A DNA stretch of 64,000 nucleotides from Clostridia bacterium (GCA_017462485.1 JAFTRA010000018.1:13667-77666); one strand, 5' to 3'; positions 18,905 to 28,190 are shown, counted from the first letter of the stretch. Translations and numbers: made by a program. Notes: generated by a model not told the origin, from the sequence alone.

Positions 18905-20229
18905 TTTGCCTCACCGGTTTCGGGATTGCCGTCAGCTTCGGGGAGTGCGGTATATCCGCCAAGCTTGCATACTTCGTTGAATATCTTTGCCGTTGCGTCT
19001 TTAAATTCTCCGATAGTACCTTTTTCAAATCCAAGCTCGGAATATTTGATTGGTTTACCGTAAATAACCTCGATTTTGCGCATAAACTTGTATTTAACGT
19101 CTTTCGTCTTTATGCATACGGGAAGTACATCGGCGTGCGAGTGATAAGCTATAAGAGCCGCGCCGCTTTTTACAGAGGTTTCGGCAGGATTTATACCCGG
19201 GCATCTGTGTCCCTGCGGGAAAATAGCGAGAGTTTTACCCTCTTTTGCTATCTTAATGGCATTCTTCAATGCTCCGACGTCACGTCCCGCTCTGTCAAGC
19301 GGAACTGCGCCCCACGCTCTCATAACGCTACTCACTACGGGAATAGAGAACCATTCCTTTTTAGAAAGGAAGAAGAGCTGACGGGGATAAGAAATTCCAA
19401 TGAGGAAAACGTCTTTTATGCCAATGTGGTTAGAGCAAAGAACAATAGAGCCTTCCTTGGGAATATTTTCTTTGCCCGTAAATCGTACTCTGATGAATAT
19501 TCTCGAGAAGAATGAAATAATCGCGCGGCAGATAGCGTAAAAACCGTTCCATTTCTTACTGCGCGCTTTCTTTACCTTTTCTATAATGTCAATTACCGCA
19601 TCAACAGTACCCTCTGCGGTAAGATTTGAATTGTCGAGCATGATAGCGTCTTCCGCGGGAACGCAGGGAGCTATCGCTCTGGTAGAGTCATTTTTATCAC
19701 GCTCTGCCATTTCCTCGTAAACCTTTTCATACGTGGTTTCAATACCCTTGGCAACAAGCTCTTCAAAGCGGCGCTTTGCTCTTGCTTCGGGGCTTGCCGT
19801 AAGGAATATTTTCACCTCAGCATAGGGTAGAATTACCGTTCCTATATCTCTGCCGTCCATAATTACGCTATTGTTTTTAGCGATGTTTCTCTGTGTCATA
19901 AGAAGAAATTCGCGTACTTTTCCCATAGCGCTTACAGCGGAAGCCGCCATCGAAGCCTCGGGAGTTCTTATTTCATCTCCCACGGGCTCGCCGTTAAGGA
20001 GTATAACTTGCTTTTCATCTACGAACTTAAGCTCAAGATTTACGTTAGAAAGTGCGCGGGAAACGCCTTCCTCGTCCGACGTGGAAATATTGTTTTTCAA
20101 CATATAGACTCCGATAGTGCGATAGAGCGCACCCGTGTCAACGTATATAATCCCAAGTCGCTTTGCCACTGCTTTTGCAAGGCTGGATTTTCCAGCGCCG
20201 CCGGGACCGTCAATAGCTATTCTTATCAT
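18901..20229 (-). CDS. cmk: fusion of cytidylate kinase and 1-acyl-sn-glycerol-3-phosphate acyltransferase-like (LPLAT) domains
   Basis: 442 aa. The N-terminal part is Cmk (P-loop IAIDGPGGAGKSS, MDGRDIGTVILP). The C-terminal part is an acyltransferase (HX4D as NHIGIKD; FPQGHR block). ATGA overlap with ispH::rpsA. Confidence 0.85.
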   Translation of the reverse strand: MIRIAIDGPGGAGKSSLAKAVAKRLGIIYVDTGALYRTIGVYMLKNNISTSDEEGVSRALSNVNLELKFVDEKQVILLNGEPVGDEIRTPEASMAASAVSAMGKVREFLLMTQRNIAKNNSVIMDGRDIGTVILPYAEVKIFLTASPEARAKRRFEELVAKGIETTYEKVYEEMAERDKNDSTRAIAPCVPAEDAIMLDNSNLTAEGTVDAVIDIIEKVKKARSKKWNGFYAICRAIISFFSRIFIRVRFTGKENIPKEGSIVLCSNHIGIKDVFLIGISYPRQLFFLSKKEWFSIPVVSSVMRAWGAVPLDRAGRDVGALKNAIKIAKEGKTLAIFPQGHRCPGINPAETSVKSGAALIAYHSHADVLPVCIKTKDVKYKFMRKIEVIYGKPIKYSELGFEKGTIGEFKDATAKIFNEVCKLGGYTALPEADGNPETGEAK

Positions 20230-20244
20230 ATCTATCTCCTGAAA

Positions 20245-21486
20245 TTAAAATTCTGCCGCGCTTTTTCCTGCGATAAATCCGGTTGAGTATGCAATCTGCA
20301 GATTGAATCCACCTGTGTATGCATCAACGTCAATCATCTCTCCCGCAAAATAAAGTCCGGGGATAAGCTTCGATTCCATCGTTTTAGGATTGATTTCCTT
20401 TACTTCAATTCCGCCTGACGTAATGATAGCTTCTTCAATCGGGCGAAGCGTTTTTAGGGGGATTCTGAAGTCCTTAAGAGTAACTAAAATCTTGTGCCGT
20501 TCCTCTTTAGTGATGGAATTGATTTTTTTATGAGGGTCAATGCCTGTAACCGATATGAACGGCTCTATCATTTTTGACGGTAAGAGAGCCGAAAGGGAAT
20601 TTAGAAAATCCTTGTTCGCGGATTTTTTGAAGTCCGAAAGTAGTCTTGCGTCGAGCGTTTTCTCATCAAGCGCGGGCTTTAGGTCAATAGAAAGCGTCAA
20701 AGTCGAGATATCCGAGTCCTTGATATGAGCTGAAGCGGAGAGAATCATAGGTCCGGTCACACCAAAGTGGGTGAACATCATTTCGCCAAAATCGGTGTAA
20801 AGCGTTTTTTCGGAGCTGTCAAGTATCTTTATTCCCACATTCTTAAGTGATAATCCCATCATTTGTGAGCATAGCTTCGAGGGTGATTCGATTGGAATAA
20901 GTGAAGGCTTCAGTTCTGTTACGGAGTGCCCAAGTTTTGAAGCTATTCTGAATCCCGAGCCGTCTGAGCCCGTAAGGGGATATGATTTTCCGCCCGTAGC
21001 TAATATTACGGCATCAAACTGATAATTGCTCTTTGCTTTTACGGTAAAGGTTTCGTCACCGTTTTTCATAACCGCAGTTACGTTTTCGTATATTACTTCG
21101 GCATTTTTCGAATACCGTCTCATAGCGTCAACTATGGTTTTCGCTTTATCATCATCGGGGAAAACTCTGTTTCCGCGCTCCGTTTTAAGCTTAACCCCAA
21201 GCTCTTCGAAAAATTCGATAGCTTTTTCCGGGGGGAAAGCGTAAAGCGCGGTATAAAGAAAACGTGGATTTCTCGTAACGTTTTCCATAAAATCATTGAC
21301 AGAGCAGTTATTGGTTACGTTGCATCTGCCTTTTCCCGTAATTGCAAGCTTCTTTCCAAGCCTGTCGGTGTGCTCGAAAATAGTGACTTCAGCGCCGCAG
21401 TCTATAGCCGTGCCTGCCGCCATCATTCCCGCAGGTCCACCGCCGATAACGGCTATTTTTTTCTTGTAGTTATAGTTATCCGTCAT
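20245..21486 (-). CDS. HI0933/YhiN-family NAD(P)/FAD-dependent flavoprotein
   Basis: 413 aa. N-terminal Rossmann motif VIGGGPAGMMAAG is present, and the whole sequence resembles the HI0933-like family. Confidence 0.8.
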   Translation of the reverse strand: MTDNYNYKKKIAVIGGGPAGMMAAGTAIDCGAEVTIFEHTDRLGKKLAITGKGRCNVTNNCSVNDFMENVTRNPRFLYTALYAFPPEKAIEFFEELGVKLKTERGNRVFPDDDKAKTIVDAMRRYSKNAEVIYENVTAVMKNGDETFTVKAKSNYQFDAVILATGGKSYPLTGSDGSGFRIASKLGHSVTELKPSLIPIESPSKLCSQMMGLSLKNVGIKILDSSEKTLYTDFGEMMFTHFGVTGPMILSASAHIKDSDISTLTLSIDLKPALDEKTLDARLLSDFKKSANKDFLNSLSALLPSKMIEPFISVTGIDPHKKINSITKEERHKILVTLKDFRIPLKTLRPIEEAIITSGGIEVKEINPKTMESKLIPGLYFAGEMIDVDAYTGGFNLQIAYSTGFIAGKSAAEF

Positions 21487-22340
21487 TTTTTAGTGTAAAC
21501 GTGATATTCGTCCCAAATTTTTTCAAGCCTGTCAAATCTGTCACGAATACGTCCCTCGCGTCTTGAAGTTATTTCCACTATTATTGCGTTTATAATGCTT
21601 ATCGGGGCAACAAGAGAGTCCATAAATGAAGCCATATCGCTTTGCGCTGTCAGAAGATATGTTGCGTGCTTTGCAAGCGGAGAATTCGCTGAATCGGTAA
21701 AAACGATAACCTTTGCATGATTCTGCTCTGCAAATCTTACCGCGTTAACCATTTTTGAGGAGTATCTTGGGAACGAGAATGCTATGAGCAGATCGTTTTC
21801 GCCTATTGAAAACATTTGCTCGAAAACCTCAGCCGTGGACTTTGGCGCAACGAGAGTAACGTTATCGAAGATTAAAGACAAATTATATTTGAGTACCATA
21901 GCAAGAGGCTCGGAGCTTCTTGCACCCATAATGTAAATGCGTTTTGAGGATAAAATCGCTTCGCAAGCATTGTGGAAGGTATCCTTATCGAGATTATCGA
22001 AGGTCGTTCTTATTTTTGCTATGTCGGATACGGCAACGTTTTCAAGAATATCACCGTGACCGATTCGTTGCTTTGTGATTTCAATTCTCTGGTTGGGTGT
22101 AAGCTTTGCTCTGACAAGCTCCTGAATAGCCTTTTGAAAATCCGAATAGCCCTCGTAACCCAACTGATTTGCAAATCTGACTACCGTAGATTCCGAAACG
22201 CCGACGAATCTTCCCAGTTTAGATGCCGTCATATAGGCAACCTTATCATAATCCTTGATTATAGCGGCTGATATTTTTTTCTGTCCCTTTGAAAACGAGG
22301 GATAATAGTCCTTGATTTTTTCGGAAATGTCTGTTGCCAT
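21483..22340 (-). CDS. MurR/RpiR family transcriptional regulator (HTH + SIS)
   Basis: I moved the start to ATG 22340 (MATDISEKIKDYY, with a GAGG SD). The ORF-track start at 22484 would overlap gltX. The sequence has HTH_6-like N-terminal and SIS C-terminal regions. Confidence 0.85.
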   Translation of the reverse strand: MATDISEKIKDYYPSFSKGQKKISAAIIKDYDKVAYMTASKLGRFVGVSESTVVRFANQLGYEGYSDFQKAIQELVRAKLTPNQRIEITKQRIGHGDILENVAVSDIAKIRTTFDNLDKDTFHNACEAILSSKRIYIMGARSSEPLAMVLKYNLSLIFDNVTLVAPKSTAEVFEQMFSIGENDLLIAFSFPRYSSKMVNAVRFAEQNHAKVIVFTDSANSPLAKHATYLLTAQSDMASFMDSLVAPISIINAIIVEITSRREGRIRDRFDRLEKIWDEYHVYTKK

Positions 22341-22360
22341 TTTGAACCTCACAGTAAAAA

Positions 22361-23803
22361 TTAAAGCTTTGCAAGTGCCTTGCCTATTCTGGAAAGAGTT
22401 TCGTCCTTTCCGATAACCTCCATGATTTCGGTAGCTCCTCCGGGAGTTGCAGCCATGCCCGAAACTGCGATACGTACGCACCACATTATAGCGCCCGTTT
22501 TCATACCGAGCTTTTCGGAAAGAGGCATAAGTGAATTAAAGAGGGTATCGTTATCGAAGGAATTAGTATCACTAAGCACCTCAAGTGCTGCCTCTAGCAC
22601 GGTTTTGACTACGCCAAGGTCGGAAATTTTATTCTTTTTATTAAAGAATAACTCTTTTTCGTATTCGGGAAGGTTAATAAAGAACTCCATTTTTTCATCA
22701 AGCTCCGAGAGCTTTGATACTCTGGTCTTAAGAAGTGTAAGCATCCTGTCCTTATTGATATTCGCAGGAATAGAGGTCTTTATAAACTCTTTTGAAAGCT
22801 CGTAAAATTTTTCATCGTCAAGCTTGTGAATATATTCACCGTTGAACCATAGAAGCTTTTCGAAGTCAAATACCGCAGGTGATTTTGAAACACCGTCTAT
22901 TGTAAAGAGGGTTTTAAGCTCGTCAAGCGTAAAGAATTCCGTTTCGGACTGCTTGGGGCACCATCCGAGAAGCGCAATATAGTTTATGATTGCCTCTGGA
23001 AGATAACCGTCTCTTACAAGGTCCTGGAAGGATACCGCTCCGTGACGCTTTGAAAGCTTTGAAACCGAGCCGTCCTCATTTTTACCCATAAGAAGAGGAA
23101 GGTGAACGTAATTCGGACGTTCCCAGCCGAAAGCGTCGTAAAGAAGAACGTATTTTGGGGTAGAGGTAAGATACTCCGAGCCTCTTACAACGTGAGTAAC
23201 GCCCATAAGATAGTCGTCAATGACGTGAGCAAAATTATAGGTAGGATAACCGTCAGCCTTCATAAGAATCTGGTCTTGAAGCTCGGAATTGTTCATTGAT
23301 ATTTCTCCGAAGACGGAATCAACGTAAGAGGTTGTCCCTTCAAGAGGCATTTTCTGACGGATAACGAATGGAATTCCGCTTGCAAGATTCTTTTCTATTT
23401 CTTCCTTTGAAAGATTTCTGCAGTGACGGTCATATCCGCCGGTAGCATCCTCGCTGTGAAGCTCTTCTAGTCTTTCCTTTGTGCAGAAGCAGTAGTAAGC
23501 ATAGCCCATATCGACAAGCTTTTTTGCGTACTCCATATATATTGCCTTACGCTCGCTCTGAACGTAAGGTCCATGCTCACCGCCAACCTCCGGTCCCTCA
23601 TCGTAATTAAGGCCGGTTATGGCAAGAGTGGATTTTATAACGTCGGTAGCGCCCTCAACCAAACGCTCGCGGTCGGTGTCTTCAATTCTCAATATGAAGT
23701 TACCGTCGTCGTGTTTTGCTATAAGATAAGAGTAGAGAGCTGTTCTCAAATTTCCTATGTGCATATAGCCCGTGGGGCTGGGAGCAAATCTTGTAACTGT
23801 CAT
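22361..23803 (-). CDS. gltX: glutamate--tRNA ligase
   Basis: 480 aa. The HIGH motif (HIGNLRTALY) and KMSKS motif (KLSKRHG) are present. Confidence 0.95.
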   Translation of the reverse strand: MTVTRFAPSPTGYMHIGNLRTALYSYLIAKHDDGNFILRIEDTDRERLVEGATDVIKSTLAITGLNYDEGPEVGGEHGPYVQSERKAIYMEYAKKLVDMGYAYYCFCTKERLEELHSEDATGGYDRHCRNLSKEEIEKNLASGIPFVIRQKMPLEGTTSYVDSVFGEISMNNSELQDQILMKADGYPTYNFAHVIDDYLMGVTHVVRGSEYLTSTPKYVLLYDAFGWERPNYVHLPLLMGKNEDGSVSKLSKRHGAVSFQDLVRDGYLPEAIINYIALLGWCPKQSETEFFTLDELKTLFTIDGVSKSPAVFDFEKLLWFNGEYIHKLDDEKFYELSKEFIKTSIPANINKDRMLTLLKTRVSKLSELDEKMEFFINLPEYEKELFFNKKNKISDLGVVKTVLEAALEVLSDTNSFDNDTLFNSLMPLSEKLGMKTGAIMWCVRIAVSGMAATPGGATEIMEVIGKDETLSRIGKALAKL

Positions 23804-23848
23804 TTTAATATCCTCATTTCGTTTGTTACATAAAATATTTCATCCTAC

Positions 23849-23877
23849 ATTTTACCACAAAAAAAATCGTTAGTCAA
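23849..23877 (-). promoter_or_regulatory. sigma-A-type promoter for gltX
   Basis: On the minus strand: TTGACT, 17-nt spacer ending in TGG, TAAAAT. The leader to the ATG is only about 40 nt. Confidence 0.55.
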
Positions 23878-23960
23878 TCTCAAAAATAAAAATATTTGAA
23901 AAATATGGCTTAACGATAGATATGCATAATTGTTAAAATTTGAAACAGCTCAAAAATCAA

Positions 23961-23989
23961 TTGACTTATTTTGAAAAAGCGTGTATAAT
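23961..23989 (+). promoter_or_regulatory. sigma-A-type promoter for the histidine kinase-dinB unit
   Basis: TTGACT (23961-23966), 17-nt spacer ending in GTG, TATAAT (23984-23989). Confidence 0.6.
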
Positions 23990-24018
23990 TGAGGAAACAA
24001 ACATATGGAGGAGAGAAA

Positions 24019-25506
24019 ATGTTCAAAAGTACATTTGCGAAATATCTGACAGCTTTTGTTATCATTCTCTTGATAAGCTTCCTTATTCTCTCAAGCATAA
24101 TAACAACAACTATTCGTGAATACGTTACCGAGAATAAAGAGGAGTCTCTTTTGGAAACGACCACGGCGCTATCGAATCAGTTATCCAAGGTGGGAAACAC
24201 TCTCGATAATTACGTTTTAGGCTTTGGTTATCACGGATTGATTCCTTTGATAATTCAGGACGATGATATCAAAATAATGATAACTGACGAGAACGGAAAT
24301 ATACTTCTTACAACAGTCAGAACCATAACCGACGAGGACGGCTTTAAGCAGCCTATAACATGGGGAAATGAAAATTTAGGCTCTATCGACCTTCGCGCTT
24401 TTAAAAACACATCCGATGCGCATATGCGCTACCAGGGAAGAATGGAGTCTGTCGGAAAAGAGAATTATCTTATGTGTGCAAAGCCCATAAAATCCGAGGG
24501 CAGCGTTACGGGATATGCGATATCTCTGATTTCGACGAGCCAGGAGGATGCTATGGTGCTTGCGGCGAGAAGAACCATTATCAGCAGTTCTTGCTGGGTA
24601 ATGCTTGCTGCGGTAGTTGCCCTCTACCTGATAACCGAAAGGGTTATAACTCCTCTCAAGAATATGACGAAAGCAACTAAAAAGTTTGCAAAGGGAGATT
24701 TCAGCACCAGAGTAACCATCTGCGGTCACGATGAAATCGCCGAGCTTGGAGAAGCGTTCAATCATATGGCGGAGTCGCTTGATAACTTTGAAAAAATGAG
24801 GAACTCCTTCCTTGCTAACGTTTCTCACGACTTAAGAACGCCTATGACTACTATAGCGGGCTTTATAGACGGAATTACCTCGGGCGCTATTCCACCCGAA
24901 AAGCACGAGTATTATCTCGGAGTGATTTCTGCGGAAGTTCATAGACTTTCAAGACTCGTAGCCGATCTTCTTGACATTTCAAGACTTGAATCGGGAGAGA
25001 GAAAGTTCAATTTCGTAAGCTTTGACGTTGCCGAAATGGCGAGAATTATTCTTATTTCCTTTGAACAAAAAATAGGCGAAAAGAACCTTGACGTTATTTT
25101 CGAGACCGAAGAGGATTCGGTTTTCGTCGTTGCGGACAGAGATGCGATACATCAGGTTCTTTACAATCTTATACACAATGCCATAAAGTTCTCAAAGCAA
25201 AACGGTAAGCTTGCGATTTATATCTCAAAGCTGGGAAGCAAAAAAATCAGAGTATCCGTTTACGACGAGGGACAGGGAATACCTAAAGAAGAATTGCCAT
25301 TGATATTCGATAGATTTTATAAGACGGATAAGAGCCGCGGACTCGATAAGAGCGGCGTAGGTCTAGGTCTCTATATATGCAAAACCATAATCGACGCTCA
25401 CGGTGAAGAAATTCATGCGGAATCTCCGAGCGATAACGGAGCGGAATTCTGGTTTTCGCTTAAGGAAGGCTCCGCTTCTCAGAAGGAACGGAATAGGGAT
25501 ATATGA
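24019..25506 (+). CDS. membrane sensor histidine kinase (HAMP-HisKA-HATPase) with no cognate response regulator nearby
   Basis: ATG 24019 follows a GGAGGAGAG SD. The protein has two TM segments flanking a region of about 150 aa. H-box SHDLRTPMTTI, N-box NLIHNAIKFS, G1 DEGQGIP and G2 GVGLGL are present. Confidence 0.9.
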   Translation: MFKSTFAKYLTAFVIILLISFLILSSIITTTIREYVTENKEESLLETTTALSNQLSKVGNTLDNYVLGFGYHGLIPLIIQDDDIKIMITDENGNILLTTVRTITDEDGFKQPITWGNENLGSIDLRAFKNTSDAHMRYQGRMESVGKENYLMCAKPIKSEGSVTGYAISLISTSQEDAMVLAARRTIISSSCWVMLAAVVALYLITERVITPLKNMTKATKKFAKGDFSTRVTICGHDEIAELGEAFNHMAESLDNFEKMRNSFLANVSHDLRTPMTTIAGFIDGITSGAIPPEKHEYYLGVISAEVHRLSRLVADLLDISRLESGERKFNFVSFDVAEMARIILISFEQKIGEKNLDVIFETEEDSVFVVADRDAIHQVLYNLIHNAIKFSKQNGKLAIYISKLGSKKIRVSVYDEGQGIPKEELPLIFDRFYKTDKSRGLDKSGVGLGLYICKTIIDAHGEEIHAESPSDNGAEFWFSLKEGSASQKERNRDI

Positions 25507-26732
25507 TGGGAGAAAGAGTTATACTTCACTGCGACTGCAATTCTTTCTTCGCTTCGGTTGAGACCGTGCTTAATCCCGAATACCGCAACGTACCGATGGC
25601 AGTTTCGGGGAACGTAGAAAACCGTCACGGAATAATTCTTGCAAAGAACGAGCTTGCGAAAAAGTACGGAATAATTACTGCGGAAACGGTATTTTCCGCA
25701 AAGAAAAAATGTCCGAATCTCGTTTTAGCAAGCCCACATTACGAAAAATATTTGGAATTTTCACGCAAAGCTAACGAAATTTACGCAAGATATACCGATA
25801 TGATAGAGCCGTTCGGTATAGACGAAAGCTGGCTTGACGTTACTGCCAGCAAGCTCTTTGGCAGCGGTCTTGAAATTGCGGAAAAGATAAGGCAGGATAT
25901 AAAAAACGAGCTTGGAATCACCGTTTCTATAGGTGTCTCGTTCAACAAGGTGTTCGCGAAGCTTGGAAGTGACTACAAAAAGCCCGATGCGATAACCGAG
26001 ATAAGCCGTGAAAACTTTTCGAAAATTGTTTATCCTTTGCCCGTGTCCGATTTGCTTTTCGTAGGCAGAAAAACCGCCGACGCCTTGAAGCATCTCGGTA
26101 TAAGAACTATAGGCGAGCTTGCCGCAGCGAATAAGGATTTGCTTGTTATGCGATTTGGCAAAGCGGGAGAGATTTTGTCGAAATATTCTAGGGGAGAGGA
26201 TGATAGTCCCGTAGAGGCGCAGGATAAAAACGATGCGAAAAGCATAGGAAACGGATATACGTTCAAGCACGATTTGGTCGGACGTGACGATTGCAAAACC
26301 GGAATAAATTATCTTGCTGAGGAGATTGGAACAAAGCTTCGCATAAGGGGTCTTAAGTGCGCCACCGTGCAATTGAGCATAAAGGACGAATACTTGAGGA
26401 CTATTCAGCGTAACGCTCCGCAGAATCCGCCAACTGATATTTCATCGGAAATAGCGGAAACGGCATTTAAAATTCTTTGTAAGGAGTGGAGCGAGGATAA
26501 GCCTATCAGAATGATAACCGTTACCGCTACGAATCTTTTGCGTTCGGATACCTTTGCGGAGCAAATAAATATGTTTGGCGATGAAAACGATAAAAAACGC
26601 AAAAAGAACGGAAAAAGAGAGATTGCCGTTGATGAAATACGTCAAAAATTCGGTACTGATTCTATCATAAGAGCTGCTGTTATCGACAGCGATATAGGCA
26701 TATATGATAAGGCGAAATTTAACAAAAAATAA
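25503..26732 (+). CDS. dinB: DNA polymerase IV (Y-family)
   Basis: 409 aa. Motifs HCDCNSFFASVE and GIDESWLDV and the little-finger region are present. The ATG overlaps the kinase TGA stop (ATGATG at 25503). Confidence 0.93.
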   Translation: MMGERVILHCDCNSFFASVETVLNPEYRNVPMAVSGNVENRHGIILAKNELAKKYGIITAETVFSAKKKCPNLVLASPHYEKYLEFSRKANEIYARYTDMIEPFGIDESWLDVTASKLFGSGLEIAEKIRQDIKNELGITVSIGVSFNKVFAKLGSDYKKPDAITEISRENFSKIVYPLPVSDLLFVGRKTADALKHLGIRTIGELAAANKDLLVMRFGKAGEILSKYSRGEDDSPVEAQDKNDAKSIGNGYTFKHDLVGRDDCKTGINYLAEEIGTKLRIRGLKCATVQLSIKDEYLRTIQRNAPQNPPTDISSEIAETAFKILCKEWSEDKPIRMITVTATNLLRSDTFAEQINMFGDENDKKRKKNGKREIAVDEIRQKFGTDSIIRAAVIDSDIGIYDKAKFNKK

Positions 26733-26779
26733 ACCGCAGATTGTAATACCTCAACGGTACGCTCTGCGGTTTTCTTTTT
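26731..26779 (+). terminator. intrinsic terminator after dinB
   Basis: AAACCGCAGA (26731-26740) pairs with TCTGCGGTTT (26763-26772), followed by a T-rich run. Confidence 0.7.
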
Positions 26780-26850
26780 GCAATTCAATTTATAAAAATA
26801 AACACTGTGTTTAGCCGTAAGAACAGAGAATTACGCTCTTTGCGATTTTG

Positions 26851-27438
26851 CTATGAAAGTGATACGACGGTGGCTGAAAGAAGTTTTATTTCCTCAGGAT
26901 CGTGCGTTACCATAATAACAAGACGGCTGTCACTTTCCTCTTTTATGATTGTTAAAAGCTCGGATTTCAAAGCCGAATCCAATTCTTTTGTAGCTTCATC
27001 AAGTATTAAAATACTTGAATTTTTAAGAACAGCTCTCGCAAAGGCTATTCTTTGACGCATTCCGCCCGAAAGCTCAGAGGGGTAGAGCTCCATATCCTTA
27101 TCGGTGAGATTCAGTCTTTTCAGAAGCGCTCTGACTTTGTTTTTATTTTCTTCGGTTTCCTCGCTGAACGAAACCATGAACACGTTGTTAAAGGCGGACA
27201 GGTGCGGGAAGAGTCTGTTTTCCTGGAAGCATACCGAAACGTTATCAAAGCCACCGCCCGTAACAGTTCCCGAATAATTCTTATCAAGACCCGCTATTAT
27301 TCTCAAAAGCGTAGTTTTTCCGACTCCGCTTTCGCCCGAAATAACGTATATGCCGCTATCTTCAAAGGAATATGAAAAATCACGGAATAATGTTTTTTCG
27401 TCAAAGGATTTTGAGAGATTTTTTATTATCAAGCTCAT
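26851..27438 (-). CDS. ABC transporter ATP-binding protein (minimal 195-aa nucleotide-binding domain)
   Basis: Walker A GESGVGKTT, Q-loop FQENRLF, signature LSGGMRQRIAFARA, Walker B ILILDEA and H-loop VTHD are all present. There is no C-terminal accessory domain. Confidence 0.85.
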   Translation of the reverse strand: MSLIIKNLSKSFDEKTLFRDFSYSFEDSGIYVISGESGVGKTTLLRIIAGLDKNYSGTVTGGGFDNVSVCFQENRLFPHLSAFNNVFMVSFSEETEENKNKVRALLKRLNLTDKDMELYPSELSGGMRQRIAFARAVLKNSSILILDEATKELDSALKSELLTIIKEESDSRLVIMVTHDPEEIKLLSATVVSLS

Positions 27439-28190
27439 ACCTTAATCCTCCGGAGAAAATATTTGGTAACGTTCTCAAGAATCAGGCTCAAAACTATGAT
27501 TACAAGCGCCCAGGCAAAGACCGATGCGGTATCGTAATGCAGGGATTTGAAATCCTGAATGTTTCTGCCGATATTTGAATACGTCATAATTTCGGCTGCG
27601 ATTTCAGCCTTCCACGCAAGTCCTATCGAGGTTATAACAGCGGGGATAAGATACCTTACAACCGTTGGAAAAACGAGAAGCTTTAATCTTTTGACAAACC
27701 CGAATTGAAAGACGTCGCATACCTCGCGCATTTCGGTGGAAATTGACTTGTATCCGTCATATACGTTCTGCCATACGATAGGTGTAATCATCAGAAAAAC
27801 GACGAAAATCGCAAGGGAAGCATCGGACAATGTAAACCAAAGTATGAGAATTATGGTGGCTATGGGGGTTGCTTTCATTATGGAAATCAAGGGAGAGATA
27901 AAAGAATTTGTTATAGGAAGTACGTGGCATACGGTAGCTAAAATAACTCCGAAAACGATTCCCGAAGCGAGACCTGCCGCAACCCTCAAAAGAGAAATGA
28001 AAATCAGCTTAAGGAAAGACCTTGTAACTATCAGCATGCCAAGCGCTGAAAAAGTTTCGGCTACGTGCGGCATAAAATAAGAGTTACCGATAGCGGTAGC
28101 CAATATCTCCCATAAACCGAGGCAAATAACGACGAAAGCAGCCGCCTTGGCTATTCTCAAAAGATTATTTTTTATAGTAGAAATTATCAT
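27435..28190 (-). CDS. ABC transporter permease (NitT/TauT/SsuC-like)
   Basis: 251 aa, polytopic, with a BPD_transp_1-like core. ATGA overlap with the ATPase gene. ATG 28190 lies 26 nt inside the SBP gene; an alternative TTG start exists at 28160. Confidence 0.82.
   Translation of the reverse strand: MIISTIKNNLLRIAKAAAFVVICLGLWEILATAIGNSYFMPHVAETFSALGMLIVTRSFLKLIFISLLRVAAGLASGIVFGVILATVCHVLPITNSFISPLISIMKATPIATIILILWFTLSDASLAIFVVFLMITPIVWQNVYDGYKSISTEMREVCDVFQFGFVKRLKLLVFPTVVRYLIPAVITSIGLAWKAEIAAEIMTYSNIGRNIQDFKSLHYDTASVFAWALVIIVLSLILENVTKYFLRRIKV

Noticed and set aside
23804-23877. A possible T-box or other riboswitch leader upstream of gltX. The same question applies to glnS at 55797-55817.
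   Set aside because: The predicted gltX promoter leaves a leader of only about 40 nt, and glnS follows the preceding gene by 21 nt. Both are far too short for a T-box (about 200 nt or more), and I saw no specifier or T-box sequence.
23900-25510. LexA (Cheo-box, CGAAC-N4-GTTCG) sites upstream of dinB, ruvC and ruvAB.
   Set aside because: Reading the promoter regions (3633-3844 and 23900-24018) and the kinase 3' end by eye, I found no GAAC-N4-GTTC palindrome. A proper PWM scan would still be needed to exclude degenerate sites.
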